Positions 25,271 to 40,140 of a DNA stretch of 64,000 nt are shown piece after piece. The notes beneath the pieces are model-generated. The model was given only the letters and a program-made list of their open reading frames with translations, searched no databases and was not told where the DNA came from. Origin of the DNA: Eledone cirrhosa (taxonomy: Eukaryota); the NCBI GenBank assembly GCA_964016885.1, contig OZ024743.1, positions 246,884,001 through 246,948,000 of the forward strand, in the 5' to 3' direction. The translations under genes and the position numbers were made by a program. How positions within the stretch are numbered: the first letter of the stretch is position 1; each line of letters begins with the position of its first letter.

Positions 25271-26239
25271 CATTTTCATAAACATAACATACTCTAAATA
25301 CACCTTACCCAATCTAAAACTGAATACTTACCAATCCCACTCATAATTGTTGTCCAGATTATTTTTGCTATTAAAAACAAATTATTTTGTTTTTAAATCT
25401 TCATCATCATCATCATGACTATTATTTCAATAGTCATTGTCTCCTTCTTCTGCTGCTCAACTGCTGTTATCAGCGGTGCGGTGTTGATAGTGGGGGGGGG
25501 GGGGGTCTGTGCAAGAATTAATTTCGATAAAAGGGGTCCTCAGTAGTGAAAAGGTTTCAAACCATATATTTAGATAGTTTTCAGGTTCTCTTCTCAGTAA
25601 TGGTTTAAATAATAATGTTTGGGTATTTTTTCCACCCAATTTCCATATCAGTTTACACAAGCAGCTCCAGAATACTGTGACTTGGGCATTTCCAATAACA
25701 AGTATTTTTAAGAGTTTATACCATTCTTGAGAACTGGAGATAATTTGGTCATTTGTTTTCTGTTGGTTAAAAATGACTACGCTCTTGGGGAGACTCTGGG
25801 CATCAACGAAAATGGATAATTTCCAGAAATTCCTGGCTTGGCAGTGCTACTGAGGAGCTTTGTTAGTTTAAGATAAATTCTACAGGCATAGAAGTGTTGT
25901 TAGCTGCACCTGTCCAAGATGCGTGCAGGGTTACAAAACTGTCCTGCCTCAGACTTGCTGACTTATTGGTTTATGTTGAACACCTGCTGTTACATGTGGG
26001 ATGGATCCAACTATCAACTGTGTCCATTGAAAAAATCACCCTGCCATCTTTTTTTAGAGGGTAAGAACAGGCAGTTTTTATCTGCCTTGTGGCCATGGTA
26101 AAAGCAGTAGTGTGGTGGACACTTTTGAAAAGGTTGAAGATAAACACTTTCCTCTTCGGTCAAGCCTTGATTAACTTTTTCAGGTTTCACCTGAAGAGAA
26201 AAATCATGGTGGAGAGAGAAATGTTGCCTTCCAACCAGG

Positions 26240-27560
26240 TGGGTTGAAAGGTGGGTGAGAGAGTTCAGCACTTGGAGAGGCAAATCCATGCAGTTCAACA
26301 GCGTCATTGGATGCTGGATGGACAGACCGGTGAAATTGCTCGAGGTCTGGTTTGGGTCAGACCTTCAGGTGGCTAAGAACTGAGATGAGGTGATGAGCAG
26401 GGTGGCCACACTCAGTCAGAAATGGGCCAAGAGGAATCTATCACTGAAAAGTCAGGTGGAGATGGTGAACACATACATTGTGTCCATTATCTGTTATCCC
26501 CTGACTGTCATACCTTGCCCCCATTCACGCCTCACCAGTTTGGAGCACTTGCTTCTCAACTTCTTGTGGAAGAGACAGGTTCCATTGGTGAGGTGGTCCA
26601 TTTGCTGCCAACACCCTGAGCATGCTGTGGCTGATGATGTGCAAACATGTGGTGAGGCTTCAGCATCTCCAGATATTCCTAAACAGTGAATTGGTGTGGT
26701 CGCCGATTGTCAGATAGGTCTTTCCACAGCTTGTCATTTTGACTGAGCTACAGCATAAGTCAAGCAAAGACCAAGACCAGGAGCCTGGCATCTGGAATGT
26801 TGTCAGGTACTCACAGCCCTTTACCATTTGGGCAATGTTGTCAGTGGAAATTCAACTGTAGCATTCTACAGAATGAGACAGATTCTACATGCAAAGAAGT
26901 GTTTTCAGACAGACCTGTCTAAGATGCAAGCAGAGTGACAAAACTTTTCTGCATGCACTCATCCAGTGTCTGAGCATACTGATTTGTGGAGTGTTGTTGA
27001 ACAGCTATTGTCACGTGTAGAATGGATTTGGCTACCAACCAAGACTATTGTGAAAATTACCACGTCACCTTCTTTTGGTCTGGAAGGACAGACAGTTTTT
27101 TTCTGTCTGGTGGCTGTAGTGAAAGAAGTTGTGTGGTGGACATGACTGAAAGGACTGAAGTCAGATACTTTCCTCTTTAGCCAAGCCCTCAACTTTCTCA
27201 AGTTCCAATTGGAAAGGAAAGTGTGAGTGATGAAGGGAGTGATGCCTGGTACATTTGTTAAAAGGTGGGTGAATGTAGCGAGGATGGCCTGAGTGAATGG
27301 GTCTACTCTGGCCATGCGTCTGTAGGCTGAAAAGTTTAGAGAGGATAGGGGTATCCTCCTAGAGTTTCTGGAGAATAGGGTGGTTTAGGATTTGTGGGGT
27401 TCCTAAGTCACCCCTGGGTGGTACTCTCTCCTATTGAGGAATTTTATTATGTTTTTTTTTCTTTTTTTACTCGATTTTATGTAAACTCCCACCATCCCTG
27501 TTTTTGTTTGTCCTTCATATTCTGGATCTTGTGTTCAATAAAGATGTAATAATAATAAAA
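26240..27560 (+). mobile_element. Decayed L1/Tx1-like LINE 3' part
   Basis: WAKRNLSLKSQVEMVNTYIVSII...LLNFLWK resembles Tx1 ORF2; CxxC...ET.LHA-like Zn finger near 26915-26960; aataaa and (TAA)n end. Confidence 0.65.
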
Positions 27561-28789
27561 ATAAGAATAATCATTTTATTATCATTGTTGTTGTTGTTAT
27601 CGCTGTTGCTGCTGTTGTTGTTGTTGTTGTTGTCTGGATGGTGGATAAAATACTTTGCAGCATTTAGTTATGACTCTTTATGTTTTGAGTTGAAATGCTA
27701 ATGAGGCCAACTTTGGCTTTTATCCTTCCAGGATTGATAAAATACTGAATAAAGTACTGGAATTGATATAATCCTCTATCCCCTTTCCCGAAATTGCTGG
27801 CCTTGTGCCTAAATTAGAAACCATTATCATCATCATCAATAAACCATTTATATTACTAACATGGATTGTTTTGAAAAGGTGATCACTTTTTTACTACTAA
27901 TCACTGAGTAGAGTCTACTATCATCCAAAGACAAGAGATGGATGAAACAATTAGTCTTATCTAAAGTCATAATCTAATGCATTGGCTCCCAACTTTGGGG
28001 TACATGAACTATGTTGATAGGTAGATAGTGATGTTGGATAGCAAAATGGTCTCTTCTAGTATGGGTAGGGAATTGGCAGTCGTTAGTGCATAGGACAAAA
28101 TGCTTTGCAGTAATTGTTCTGGCTCTCGGTGTCCTGAGCTCAAATTCCATGCAGGTCAAGTTTTCCTTTTATCCTTTAGGGGTCAACAAAATAAAGTACT
28201 GTTAGTATTTTTCCATTTAAATCTATATTTAATCCCCCTTAAACTACTTTAATTATCTCCTCTACCCTCTACTACTATAATCTCCTCCTCCTCCTCCTCC
28301 CACTACCATAATCTCTGCCACCTCCCACTATTACAATCTGCTCCACCTCCATCTACTACCTTAATCTCAATTCTTTTTTTTAAATTCTTAATTTTCATCT
28401 TTGTTAATTCACCAGCTGCTTTGTATTTGCTCAGTGTTCTCTAATTAGCATGTAATATCCCTTGCTAGCAATCATCTCCCCATATCTTTATCTCTATCTG
28501 TTTTTGTCTGTCTCTCTCTCTCATATATTCTGTTGTTCTCTTAAGCATACAGTCTGTGAATGAAGAAATTTTGAGAGTGTTATACACAGTTATGGTGCAA
28601 CCGTATAGATGTCTTTTGTGCATAGACATACACAAAAACAAACATGTATTACTGTGTGTATGTGTATATATATTGAATTAATCATATTCACAAAGCATTT
28701 AGCAAATTTTGTGTTTTTAATGTATCTTAGTTTAAAATTACCACATTCAGTGCAGATTTTTTTTACTATGGAAAAGTTGAAGAAGCTGG

Positions 28790-28975
28790 GATTATTGGCA
28801 GTATCGGTAGAGGGTCGGACGCCATGCTTTCCAGCATAGTTACGTCCCATTACAATCTGAGTTCAAATCCTGCCGAGGTTGACTTTGCCTTTCATCCTTA
28901 CGGGGGTTGATAAAATAAAGTACCAGTAATGCACTGGGTAATTGCTGGCCTTGTGCCTAAAGTAGAAACAATTAT
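28790..28975 (+). mobile_element. tRNA-derived SINE family 1, well-preserved copy
   Basis: ttggcagtatcggtag...gagttcaaatcc; matches 32521-32715 and the reverse complement of 3680-3865. Confidence 0.85.
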
Positions 28976-29204
28976 AAGTCCCTAGAGATAGATATAGTAT
29001 TGCCTGTTGAACTGGAATTCGTGCCTACCAAAATGAGTTTGGCCACTTACCCATCATGTTTAAGCCTTATCTATGCCTTCTATTCAAAGCACTTTCAAAA
29101 TCAAATTATTTATTGCCAGTTTGAAACATCAAACTCATTTCATGTATCATTGAGTGTTGACCAGGCTAATCCAGACATGTCATCATCATTTTTGGAATAT
29201 ATGT

Positions 29205-29276
<72 letters not shown>

Positions 29277-30840
29277 TGTATATACTCAAATATAAGCCAA
29301 CTCCCTATTTTATGCCTGAGAAATGGCAAAAATCCATACTCCCTTTATAAACTGAGGTAGTTAATCAATACATTATGTTTAGATGGTGTGGTTTTGAAAT
29401 GCTGATGAAGTGTTGATATTTTGATGTTTAAAATGTTTTGAGTGTTGTTTAGAATATGGTTTGTGTTTCATAACTCCATTACGTAATGCTTTTTTACGAT
29501 TTGTTTATTTCTCGCCTTTCAGGGTGTACGTTGAAAGCAAGAGATCAGATAAGAGAACTTTGTATAGGGATTGATAGAGGAGATGAGGGGGGGGGGGGCA
29601 GCAAGTGAGAGAAATAGAGCAATAAAATACAAGTCAGAAGTAAGATTTCAATCATACATAAGATTGAAAGAAAAAGTATTAAGTCAGTGCTAACTCAGTA
29701 CAAGGTGTTAAGAATTAATATAATTCAGGTTTTCAATAGAGTATATTGTAATCTTTTAGGTTTACCTACATGAATTATTCTATTTGTGGAAAAAAATAAC
29801 AAAGATGTGTTTGATATGTGCATGGTATGAATGATTTGGGGGAGTTTGTACTGCTCTGTTCTTTGAGATTTTTTCCTTTTCTTTTTGTCTGTTTTTCTTA
29901 CCTGAACTAAGCAATGCAGATACCCATTTTCATTGTAAATATTCATCTTGACAATGATGCTTATCTTTGTCCATTCCTCCATTATCTGTTGCTTTTGTCT
30001 CTGTTGGACACATGGCTATTTTATCACTATTCACCATCTGATGCCTGTATTTACATACTCAAGCACTTTTATTCCCTGCCTGCTGCCACTCTTGCCGCTC
30101 GTTAATTGACACACCTATAAATATTTGCAATGTTTATCATCTCAAACACAACAGCAATAAGAGACCCGACCTCACAAGCCTTTCATTTCTCTTTTATCAG
30201 ATTTTGTTGTAATTATCCTCAATCTTGGGGCAACTAATGCAGTGATTTAAAAATGTCTTTCCTTGCATCATTTAGCATTTTTTTAAATTCTTTTTATTAA
30301 TAGCTGTTTCATAAATTAGATTTCAAATATAATATTTAAATCTTTTGTTGCAATTTTTCTAATGAGAGATACTGCCTATGATTATTAAATCAATTTTAAA
30401 ATACTCAAAAATTTGGAGGGATTTAGTAATATTACTTATTTTCTCATTATTAAGCTGGTCTTTGGAATATAACTTAACAAAGGTTCTTTCATAAAATTAT
30501 GATGGAAGGTTTTTAGATAAATATAAAACTTTAAAACAAACAGTTTTGTATTGCAGAACCAAGGGTGGTTTCAGGTGGTTTGTATAAAAAAGGTTAACGT
30601 AAACTTAGAGAGATAAAACTCAGATGATATGATCATGACAAAAATAAATTAGTATCTCATCTTCATTATATATCTTTTCATTTTAATTTAATTCTTTAAT
30701 TCTGTAGATGACTGAGTGGTTAAGATACATTCTGGTTTCAAATATTTATAAGCATCTGCTTTTTTTGCTGTAACTCTGCTACTTTGTGGTTGAATGTTCA
30801 GAATGAGTAGAAAACATTCTTTTCTATAATTCTTATAAAC

Positions 30841-31199
30841 CAGTGATTCTCAATTGGGAAGTATTTGGCTCCCTCCCAGGAGAGGAATTTTAGCCAAGGG
30901 AGGATTTGTGGAGGGATCCAAGTTGGGTAAGAATAGTGTACATTGTGTATATGTCAAATGAAATAGTAATACACTCAACTATAAGGGCAATCATAAATTA
31001 AGAATTCACAAAATCTACTGTTTCAGATTTAATCCTGTTTGGGACTATACAGTTGCTGGAGTTTTAAAAATTTGCTCATGTTAATATGTTACTTGTGTGA
31101 AAGATGACTTGATGACCATTCAAAATAGTGGAGGAATTAAGGAAAGCTGGGATTGCAAGGGGGAGAAAGGAATGTGACCTAGATATCTAGAAATCACTG
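30841..31199. mobile_element. hAT-type MITE
   Basis: TIR cagtgatt/aatcactg; perfect 8-bp TSD ttataaac on both sides. Confidence 0.8.
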
Positions 31200-31639
31200 T
31201 TATAAACTCATTTAATTAAAGGTTTTATAGATATAAAGAAAAGTAAAGTTAGATGTAGTTGGCTGTTAATGGTTAATAATGTTATTACTAAAATGAGATT
31301 GTCTAGAGCATCATATCCAACTTGATGAATGCAGACCCCAGGGTGTCTGCAAAGGTAGTGCTCTGGCTGTGTGAGCTATGTTGAAATGTTCAAGTACTTT
31401 GTTAAAAACATAATATACACACACTATTAGGTTTCCATTGTTCTCTAAGTATGAACATTTCTCTCTTTCAATAGTTATTCCTACTGTATAACAATAAAAG
31501 GAGCCTTTTTGTAATAGAGTTGAAGTTAAAATGAGAAACAATAGCAATGATTGCTTAAGTTGGGACATTTTCAGACCTGATCAAACCATACAAAAATGGA
31601 TCTGAAATCAAAAGTTAATTTTAATGTTGTTTTTGACAA

Positions 31640-31860
31640 GAAACTCACGAGTTAGGAGAGCTCGGTGACAGTGCATTGTCTTTGTGAAGAATCCAATTCT
31701 CCATGTTCCACAGATCTGGTTGCTTTCGCCGAATGTCCTCCTTCAAACGCCTCAAAACGTTGCAATAGAACTTTTGATTGATGGTCTGACCCTGAGGGTA
31801 GAATTCTTGATACACAATACCATGGATATTGAAAAAAATGATGAGCATGCTCTTGATATA
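31640..31860 (-). mobile_element. Mariner transposase catalytic-domain fragment
   Basis: MLIIFFNIHGIVYQEFYPQGQTINQKFYCNVLRRL...WILHKDNA. Confidence 0.85.
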
Positions 31861-32208
31861 TCATCATCGTTTAACATCCAAATATATATATAAATTTACA
31901 CATTTTTCATATATAAACATAAAAACATGCCAAACATATGCATTTCACTGTGAATTGAAAAAAAAAATTATACTTAACTGATTTTCAATAATGTGCATTC
32001 ATAATTAATTAAATCATAATTATTTGCATACCACACAGCATATATTTGAAAATTTAAGTTAAATTTCATGTGGGTATAACTAGAGCTTTTCTATTTTATC
32101 TTTAATTTTTTAACAACTTACTTTTCAGTTGACTAATCAATACTCCTTCAAGGTCATGAAGAGTCCTACCAAAAATATTAATGATGAGTTAGTTGGATAG
32201 GTTATCTT

Positions 32209-32415
32209 TGCTAGTTTTAGAGTAAAGTAACATTAAACTATTTGTCTGCCAACTCTAAATATTGTGATTAGATTTGCTACTTCTGCTAGTTTTAGAGCAA
32301 AGTCACTTCAAATTATTGGTCCACCAACTCTAAATGCTGTCATTAGACTTGCTTCTTCTGCTGGTTTTAGAACAAAGTAACTTCAAACTATTGATCTACC
32401 AACTCTAAATGCTTT
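32209..32415. repeat. Tandem repeat, ~2.7 copies of ~75 bp
   Basis: tgctagttttagag...ccaactctaaat recurs at 32209, 32284 and ~32359. Confidence 0.85.
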
Positions 32416-33060
32416 GATATAAAAGCTAAAACTAATAATAACATCACAATAACAAGGAAAAGAGGTAGTAGTAGTTTTTTTACCTTATAATTAAAATAAT
32501 CTCTTATTATTTATAACAGGGAAGGGCGGTGAATTGGCAGTATCGGTAGAGGGTCAGACGCCATGCTTTGCAGCATAGAGTTACAGCCCTTTATGATCCG
32601 AGTTCAAATCCTGCCGAGGTTAACTTTGCCTTTCATCCTTACGGAATAAAATAATCGACTTTCCCCACCCCCAAAAAATTGTTGGCTTGGTGCCTATATA
32701 AGAAACCATTATTATTTATAACAGGGAATTAACAGATTTGTTAGAGTATCAGATTAAATGCTTTGGTACTTGTCCTAGCTCTCTGAGTTCCAATCCCATC
32801 TAGATCAACAATGCTTTCATCCTTTAAGTATCATCATCATCGTTGTTTGACATCCATTTTCAATGCTAGAATGGGTTAGATGGATTGGGTCAGATAACCG
32901 TGTCTTGCTCATAGAGAACTGTTTCTGGCTTGGTTTCTATGGCTGGATGCCCTTCCTAACGCCAATAAAATACCCATCTAGGAAATAGTAGATTAGAAGA
33001 ATTGTTTAAAAGTCAGACAGTATGCTTTGTAGTATCTGATCTGGTTCTCTGTGTTTTCTT

Positions 33061-33173
33061 TTTTAGCTCTAAAATGTCTCTCTATATTTTATAGTTCTAT
33101 AGTAGGGGGGGGGGGGTATTTTTTTTCTTATTTTAGCTCTAAAATGTCTCTCTATATTTTATAGTTCTATAGT
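33061..33173. repeat. ~42-bp direct duplication separated by poly-G/poly-T
   Basis: ttttagctctaaaatgtctctctatattttatagttctatagt occurs twice. Confidence 0.85.
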
Positions 33174-36100
33174 GCCTATTTATTTGTCCATGCTGGTTAA
33201 ATTTTAAAAAATGTCCCACAATTATTTGCTCCAATTGCTTATAATTATTAGCTTGTGTCTTTATTTTTGCTTCTTTTAGACAGCTTTTGCTTTGTACTGA
33301 TTATTATAGTGCAACACTGACATCATCCACAAGGAAGTAATATATATATTATATATATTTAAGCCAAATATTAGTTCCTGCCCATAGAAATCATTTTTTC
33401 ATTTTCTAGTTATTTTGAATTATCCCTTTCTTTACCACTGTGCTTTAATTATTTTCTTAAATAATTACTAAGGATTGGCTAATTTGTAGAGTATAAATTA
33501 GAAACACTTCTCATTATTTTACTTATAGTATATCAGTTCTATAGTTTTGCTATTTACATAATAGTGGAGTTATTAGGGGAATGGATTATGAATAGCTAGT
33601 ATAAATAAGCCCCTCTCCCATCTCTGTTTTCTATGGGGATTAGTCTGAAACAAAACGTGAAGGCATGTGGCCTAGTGTTTAGGGTGTTGGATACATGATC
33701 ATAAGATTGTGAGTTTGATACCTGTACCTGGCAGCATATCATGCTCTTGAGCAAATACTTTATTTCACATTGCTCCCTCTGCCAGGAGTTGCAACTGGCA
33801 AATAGTATCAGAAATGGAAAAAAACAACAATGGAAACATAGTTTCCTTGGTTCAATCTGGCAATCAACTTTTTTCCTTTCCTATTTAATCTAAAACAATT
33901 TAAGAGCAAAATGCTAGTAAAGACTACTACATGACACATTAAACAATACTTTCTGGAACATATAATATACTTGCTATATCTGCAGGATTATTTTACAAAG
34001 CACATATATATGAAAGATGATTGCAGTTTTATTCAAAATGCATTCTCTTCATGTGCAAAAACAAACCAGTATTTTTTCAATTTTTCAATATAAACTGGTG
34101 AGCCCAAAATATTGTTTGATCTTTGAAAATTCAGGCCTTGTTTGCTATTGGAGATTTTGTATTATCACAACCAACATGTTGTAAATCATTTCCTTTTATT
34201 CAGTTGCAGTTATCAGCCAACACTTTCTTTTCTCTGGCTGCTTTACAATTAATTACATTGGTTTATAAATCTTTACATCAACCAATTATTTTCCACTTGA
34301 TGTGAGCTTTAAATTTTATCTGTATTCATTTCACTTGAGTGATATTTGATATTAAACCATATTAGTAGCAACAGAACAGAATAATTATCAGCAGAAATTC
34401 GAAGAGCTTGATATATTTATATATTTATTTATTTATTTATATATTTATTTATTTATTTATTTATTTCCATATATTTCGTAATCTATTCAATATTTCAGAT
34501 ATAGTATTGTTTGTATGTATTTATTATTTTTGATTAGTTATATTCCAGACACCAACTTTTCACTTGTGAAATAATTTACAATTTTGGGATTGGTTATGAT
34601 CTAAAGAGAGTGAAAATTTCATTGAAAAAAGAAACAATCACAAATTTTTGACTTTTTATGAAAAATATATAATCATGGATTTGAAATTTAGTTGTCCCAA
34701 TGCAGATGACAATAATAATAGTTGAAACAATTGGGTATTAGAGATTATAGATTGGGATAATTACATGTCAAATTTCAAATTTTCCCAATCCTTTTTAAGT
34801 CAACTAGATGCTTACACTTCTAGCTACACATTTAAAATCTAAAAGATGGTAATCGGTGGTTAGGAGCTCATTGCGTAATGATTAACGCAGTTGCCCATCA
34901 TCTAAGAGGTGCTGGGTTCATTTCCTCTCAGGCACTTCTGTCCAATTTTTTCCATCTCATAAGTTGAAATAGTCTACAACAGCGATTCTTTACCCTATTT
35001 TTAATAAAATGCACTCTATTTCAATTAATTAATCAAGCATTTTGAAAAATTAACTAAAATCAATTATTTTATTACTAAGATAATGACTTAACATACAGTT
35101 CTAAAATTATGTTAAAGTTTTGTATTTAAATAGGAATCCTTTAAAATCAGTGTGACCAAGTGGAATGTTTATTTAATATTCATAGAAATAATTATATAAA
35201 AGATAAAGCTCTTCCTTTCTCCATTGAAAATATTTAACATAAGTTTGATATGAGAGCGATCACTCTCCTCAGTGTCTTTACTACAGTTTAAACATAATGT
35301 TCTAATAAACATATGGTACTGCAAAACAGTTTCCAGCAAATAGAAATTGAACTTTATTCAGATTATCTATTTAATTCTTTTGTTACCATATTTCTAATTC
35401 AAGAAATTGAAGAAATTCAATAATATAACTAAGTTTCTTACTATTAAGCTGGTGTTTGGAACATAACTTAACAAAGATTCTTATGAAAAATTATGATAGA
35501 AGTGTATTTTAGATTAAAATAAACAGTTTTGTATCAAAGAACTAGGCAGTTTAAGTGATTTGGCATCAAAAGGGTTAATACATTAATCCTCTTGAGATAA
35601 CTAGGAATACCACAACTACCTAGTTTTTAATTCTCATAATTTTAATTCTGTAATATATATTTATAGTGTTTCAATCTATACTGTTGTTAAATATAAATTA
35701 TTGAATTCTATTTGAGAATACATTTGTATCTAGATATTGTAAATTGTTCTCTGAAAAACTATTTCTTATTGAATATGAAGACTAGATAGCTTGATCACTT
35801 GAAACAGCAGGAAAAATAATAATCATCATCCAATTCATACAAACTGTTTGCTTTACTCTTAGCTTTTAACATCCTGTACCACATGAAACCGCATTAGGTA
35901 AATACTAATGAAAAATACAAAACTATGATTGCATCACATTAAAAATTAAAATCTGAGATTTAGTTTACTCCCCACTAGTAAAAAACACTATAAACATTTG
36001 AATTGGTTTGGGTAATTTTTAAAAGCATTGTGATAAAATGAAATTTGGGAGTGACTTGAATGTGTATAATGAAACATGTTAAATGGGGTTTTATTAAAAA

Positions 36101-36339
36101 TTTTCAGGAAAATTAGAACAATTTCAGAATGATACACTTAATAAGATCTTAAATTTCACTTTAGTATAATTAATTAGGTAACATTTTATTTTTATTTGGT
36201 TAAACATACAGAAAAAGAAAGCAGTATTGGAAAGGACTATAAATGCCATAAAGGAAATGAAAAGGAGGGGAAGAGCAAGGACTACTAGACAAGGAAATAA
36301 ATAAAGAGGGAGGGGAGAGGGTGACTGACTCTACACCTG

Positions 36340-36870
36340 TTTCAGCTATGCCCTGCAGACAAACTGGCAAAGGCATTTCCACAGACAATGGCCAGTGACA
36401 CATACTGCAACAGCCACCACACCTCGTGGGGCTCCTTCCTCAGATGGGCTGCTATTGATCCAATTTTATGGAGAAGATCAGCTGTCTGAGGTCCGAGGAC
36501 GCCTGAGGTCTTGACAGTGACCAGTGCAAAGAGGAAGCAGCTGGACAAGCTCTGGTATTTGCTTGTCTTCCTGTCCTCTGCATTGTGAGCTATGGTACTG
36601 GAGTTTGTGGCCAAGGCAACTAAGTTGGAGATGGAGAACATATCACATCCCAAATGAGAGATTTACCTCCTTTAAAAAGAAGAGGGTAATTCCGTTGGGG
36701 TGCTTGCCATCACCATGGTCATGGCCTACTGGCTCCAGTTGTGACAGTAAGCCAGCTGCATCAAGGCTCCTTCTCATTATGTCGTTGAGAGCGGCATGTT
36801 GGGGGAACTGGCCTGCACTCTGGTGGCATGATAATGGGTGCAGGCCAAACTCATCAATGACGGCTTCACA
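36340..36870 (-). mobile_element. CRE-like LINE 3' remnant
   Basis: Homologous to 46450-46850 and 4990-5600 (DGKHPNGITL..F, GVLGP, SLAIV.GNA). Confidence 0.7.
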
Positions 36871-37479
36871 ATGTAAAATTCTAACGTTGGAGAATTAGCA
36901 TAGCTGGAGATAGACAGTAGTTGCAGTAATAAATGTGGCATGTTCCTCCAATTTATTTTTTAAATGGTTCATTCTTTCTAGAAGTTTTCAAAGTTTAATG
37001 TTTTTTTAGTAGAACAAATTCATTTTTGGAAGTTGAAAGTAGAAAACCTGGAAGTGAAGAAGCTATAGTAGACTGGTGTAGATTTGACATTTAAATTGGT
37101 TTGAGGCTCTTTTAAAAACATTAAGACATTATGGAAATCCATTGGAAGTTAAAAGCATTCATTAAGACTGAATAAAACCATAAACATGTTTAATCATACA
37201 TATTGTTTGTCTTTTAAATTACTCCTAAATTAACAATTTACTGCAAATTTTCTGTCCATTAGTAAAGATAGTATAAACATTTGAATTAACAAACATGTGG
37301 TTTTAGATATTTTCTGCTAAATAATTACAGGATGTTAACAGTTAATATTATGAGAACTAGAAAAAAAAAACCCTTCAAGTTATGTTTATAAAGTTTCTTT
37401 TTAATTTTTAGATCACTCAGCTAAACTGGTGCCTCTTCATGTGGATATATTATAACATTTCTCTCCATAGTTTTTTAAT

Positions 37480-37719
37480 AATGTATGTGTGTGTATGTAT
37501 ATATATATATATATGTGTGTGCATATATATATGTGTATGTTTATGTATGTATATATATATGTATATATATGTTTATGTATGTATATATATATGTGTATAT
37601 TTATGTGTGTATATATATATATGATATATGTATGCATATGTATATATATATAATATATGTATGCATATGTATATATATATAATATATGTATGCATATGTA
37701 TATATATATAATATATGTA

Positions 37720-37759
<40 letters not shown>

Positions 37760-37841
37760 ATATATGTATGCATATATATATATATATGTATATAATATAT
37801 GTATGCATATATATATATATATATATGCATATATATATATA

Positions 37842-37889
<48 letters not shown>

Positions 37890-38368
37890 ATATATGTATG
37901 CATATATATATATATGTATATAATATATGTATGCATATATATATATATGTATATAATATATGTATGCATATATATATATATGTATATAATATATGTATGC
38001 ATATATATATATATATATATGTATATAATATATGTATGCATATGTATATAATATATGTATGCATATATATATATGCATATGTATATAATATATGTATGCA
38101 TATATATATATATATATGTATATATATATGTATATAATATATGTATATATATATATGTATATATGTATGCATATGTGTATATGATATATGTAAGCATATG
38201 TATATACATATATATATATATGTATATAATATATGTAAGCATATGTATGTATGTATATAATATATGTAAGCATATGTATATATGTATGTATATATATAAT
38301 ATATGTATACATATATATATATATAATATGTATGCATATGTATATATAGGTATATGCGTGTATGCATA

Positions 38369-38412
<44 letters not shown>

Positions 38413-38517
38413 GTATGCATATGTATATATAGGTATATGCGTGTATGCATATGTGTATATATATATATGTATGTGTATATATATATATATGTATGTATAT
38501 ACATATATATGTATATG

Positions 38518-38550
<33 letters not shown>

Positions 38551-40140
38551 GTATGTATATACATATATATGTATGTATATACATATATATATGTATGTAT
38601 ATATATATATATGTATGTATATATATATATATGTATGTATATACATATATATGTATGTATATACATATATATGTATGTATATACATATATATGTATGTAT
38701 ATACATATATATGTATATACATATATATGTATGTATATACATATATATATGTATATACATATATACATATATATGTATGTATATACATATATATGTATGT
38801 ATATATATATATGTGTATATATATATATGTGTGTGTGTATATATATATGTGTGTATATATATATATGTGTGTATATATATATATGTGTGTATATATATAT
38901 GTGTGTATATATATATGTGTGTATATATATATATATGTATGTATATACATATATGTATGTATATACATATATGTATGTTTATACATATATGTATGTGTGT
39001 ATATATATGTATGTATATACATATATGTATGTGTGTATATATATATGTCTGTATATACATGTGTGTGTATACATATATACATATATGTGTATACATATAT
39101 ACATATATGTATATACATATATACATATATGTATATACATATATGTATATATGTATATACATATATGTATGTATATATGTATTTACATATATGTATGTAT
39201 ATATGTATATACATATATGTATGTATATATGTATATACATATATGTATGTATATATGTGTATATATATATGTGTATATATATGTATGTATATACATATGT
39301 ATGTATATACATATGTGTGTGTATATATATGTATGTATATACATATGTGTGTATATATATATGTATATATGTATATACATATGTGTGTATATACATATAT
39401 GTATGTGTATATATGTATATACATATATGTATGTGTGTATATATATATGTATGTATATACATATGTGTATGTGTGTGTATATATATGTATGTATATACAT
39501 AAGTGTATGTGTGTGTATATATATGTATGTATATACATAAGTGTATGTGTGTGTATATATATGTATGTATATACATAAGTGTATGTGTGTGTATATATAT
39601 GTATGTATATACATAAGTGTATGTGTGTGTATATATATGTATGTATATACATGTGTATGTGTGTGTATATATATGTATGTATATACATGTGTATGTGTGT
39701 GTATATATATGTATGTATATACATATGTGTATGTGCGTGTATATATATGTATGTATATACATATATGTATGTGTGTGTGTATATATATATGTATGTATAT
39801 ACATATATGTATGTGTGTGTATATATATATGTATGTATATACATATATGTATGTGTGTGTATATATATGTATGTATATACATATATGTATGTGTGTGTAT
39901 ACATATGTATGTATATACATATATGTATGTGTGTGTATACATATGTATGTATATACATGTGTATGTGTGTGTATATATATGTATGTATATACATATGTGT
40001 ATGTGTGTGTATATATATGTATGTATGTGTGTGTATATATATGTATGTATACATATATGTATGTATACATATATGTATGTGTGTGTATATATATATGTAT
40101 ATGCACATATATGTACATGTAATATATGTATATATATATA
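37480..40140. repeat. 2.7-kb compound (TA/TG/CA)n satellite with higher-order units
   Basis: Mostly alternating purine-pyrimidine; 38-bp unit ataagtgtatgtgtgtgtatatatatgtatgtatatac repeated at ~39500-39650. Confidence 0.97.

Noticed and set aside
32209-32415. Repeats containing gttttagagc, resembling a type II CRISPR repeat
   Set aside because: Intervening sequence is also repeated (plain tandem repeat); eukaryotic context; no cas genes
34862-34935. tRNA-like sequence with A/B boxes
   Set aside because: No complete cloverleaf; more likely a SINE head
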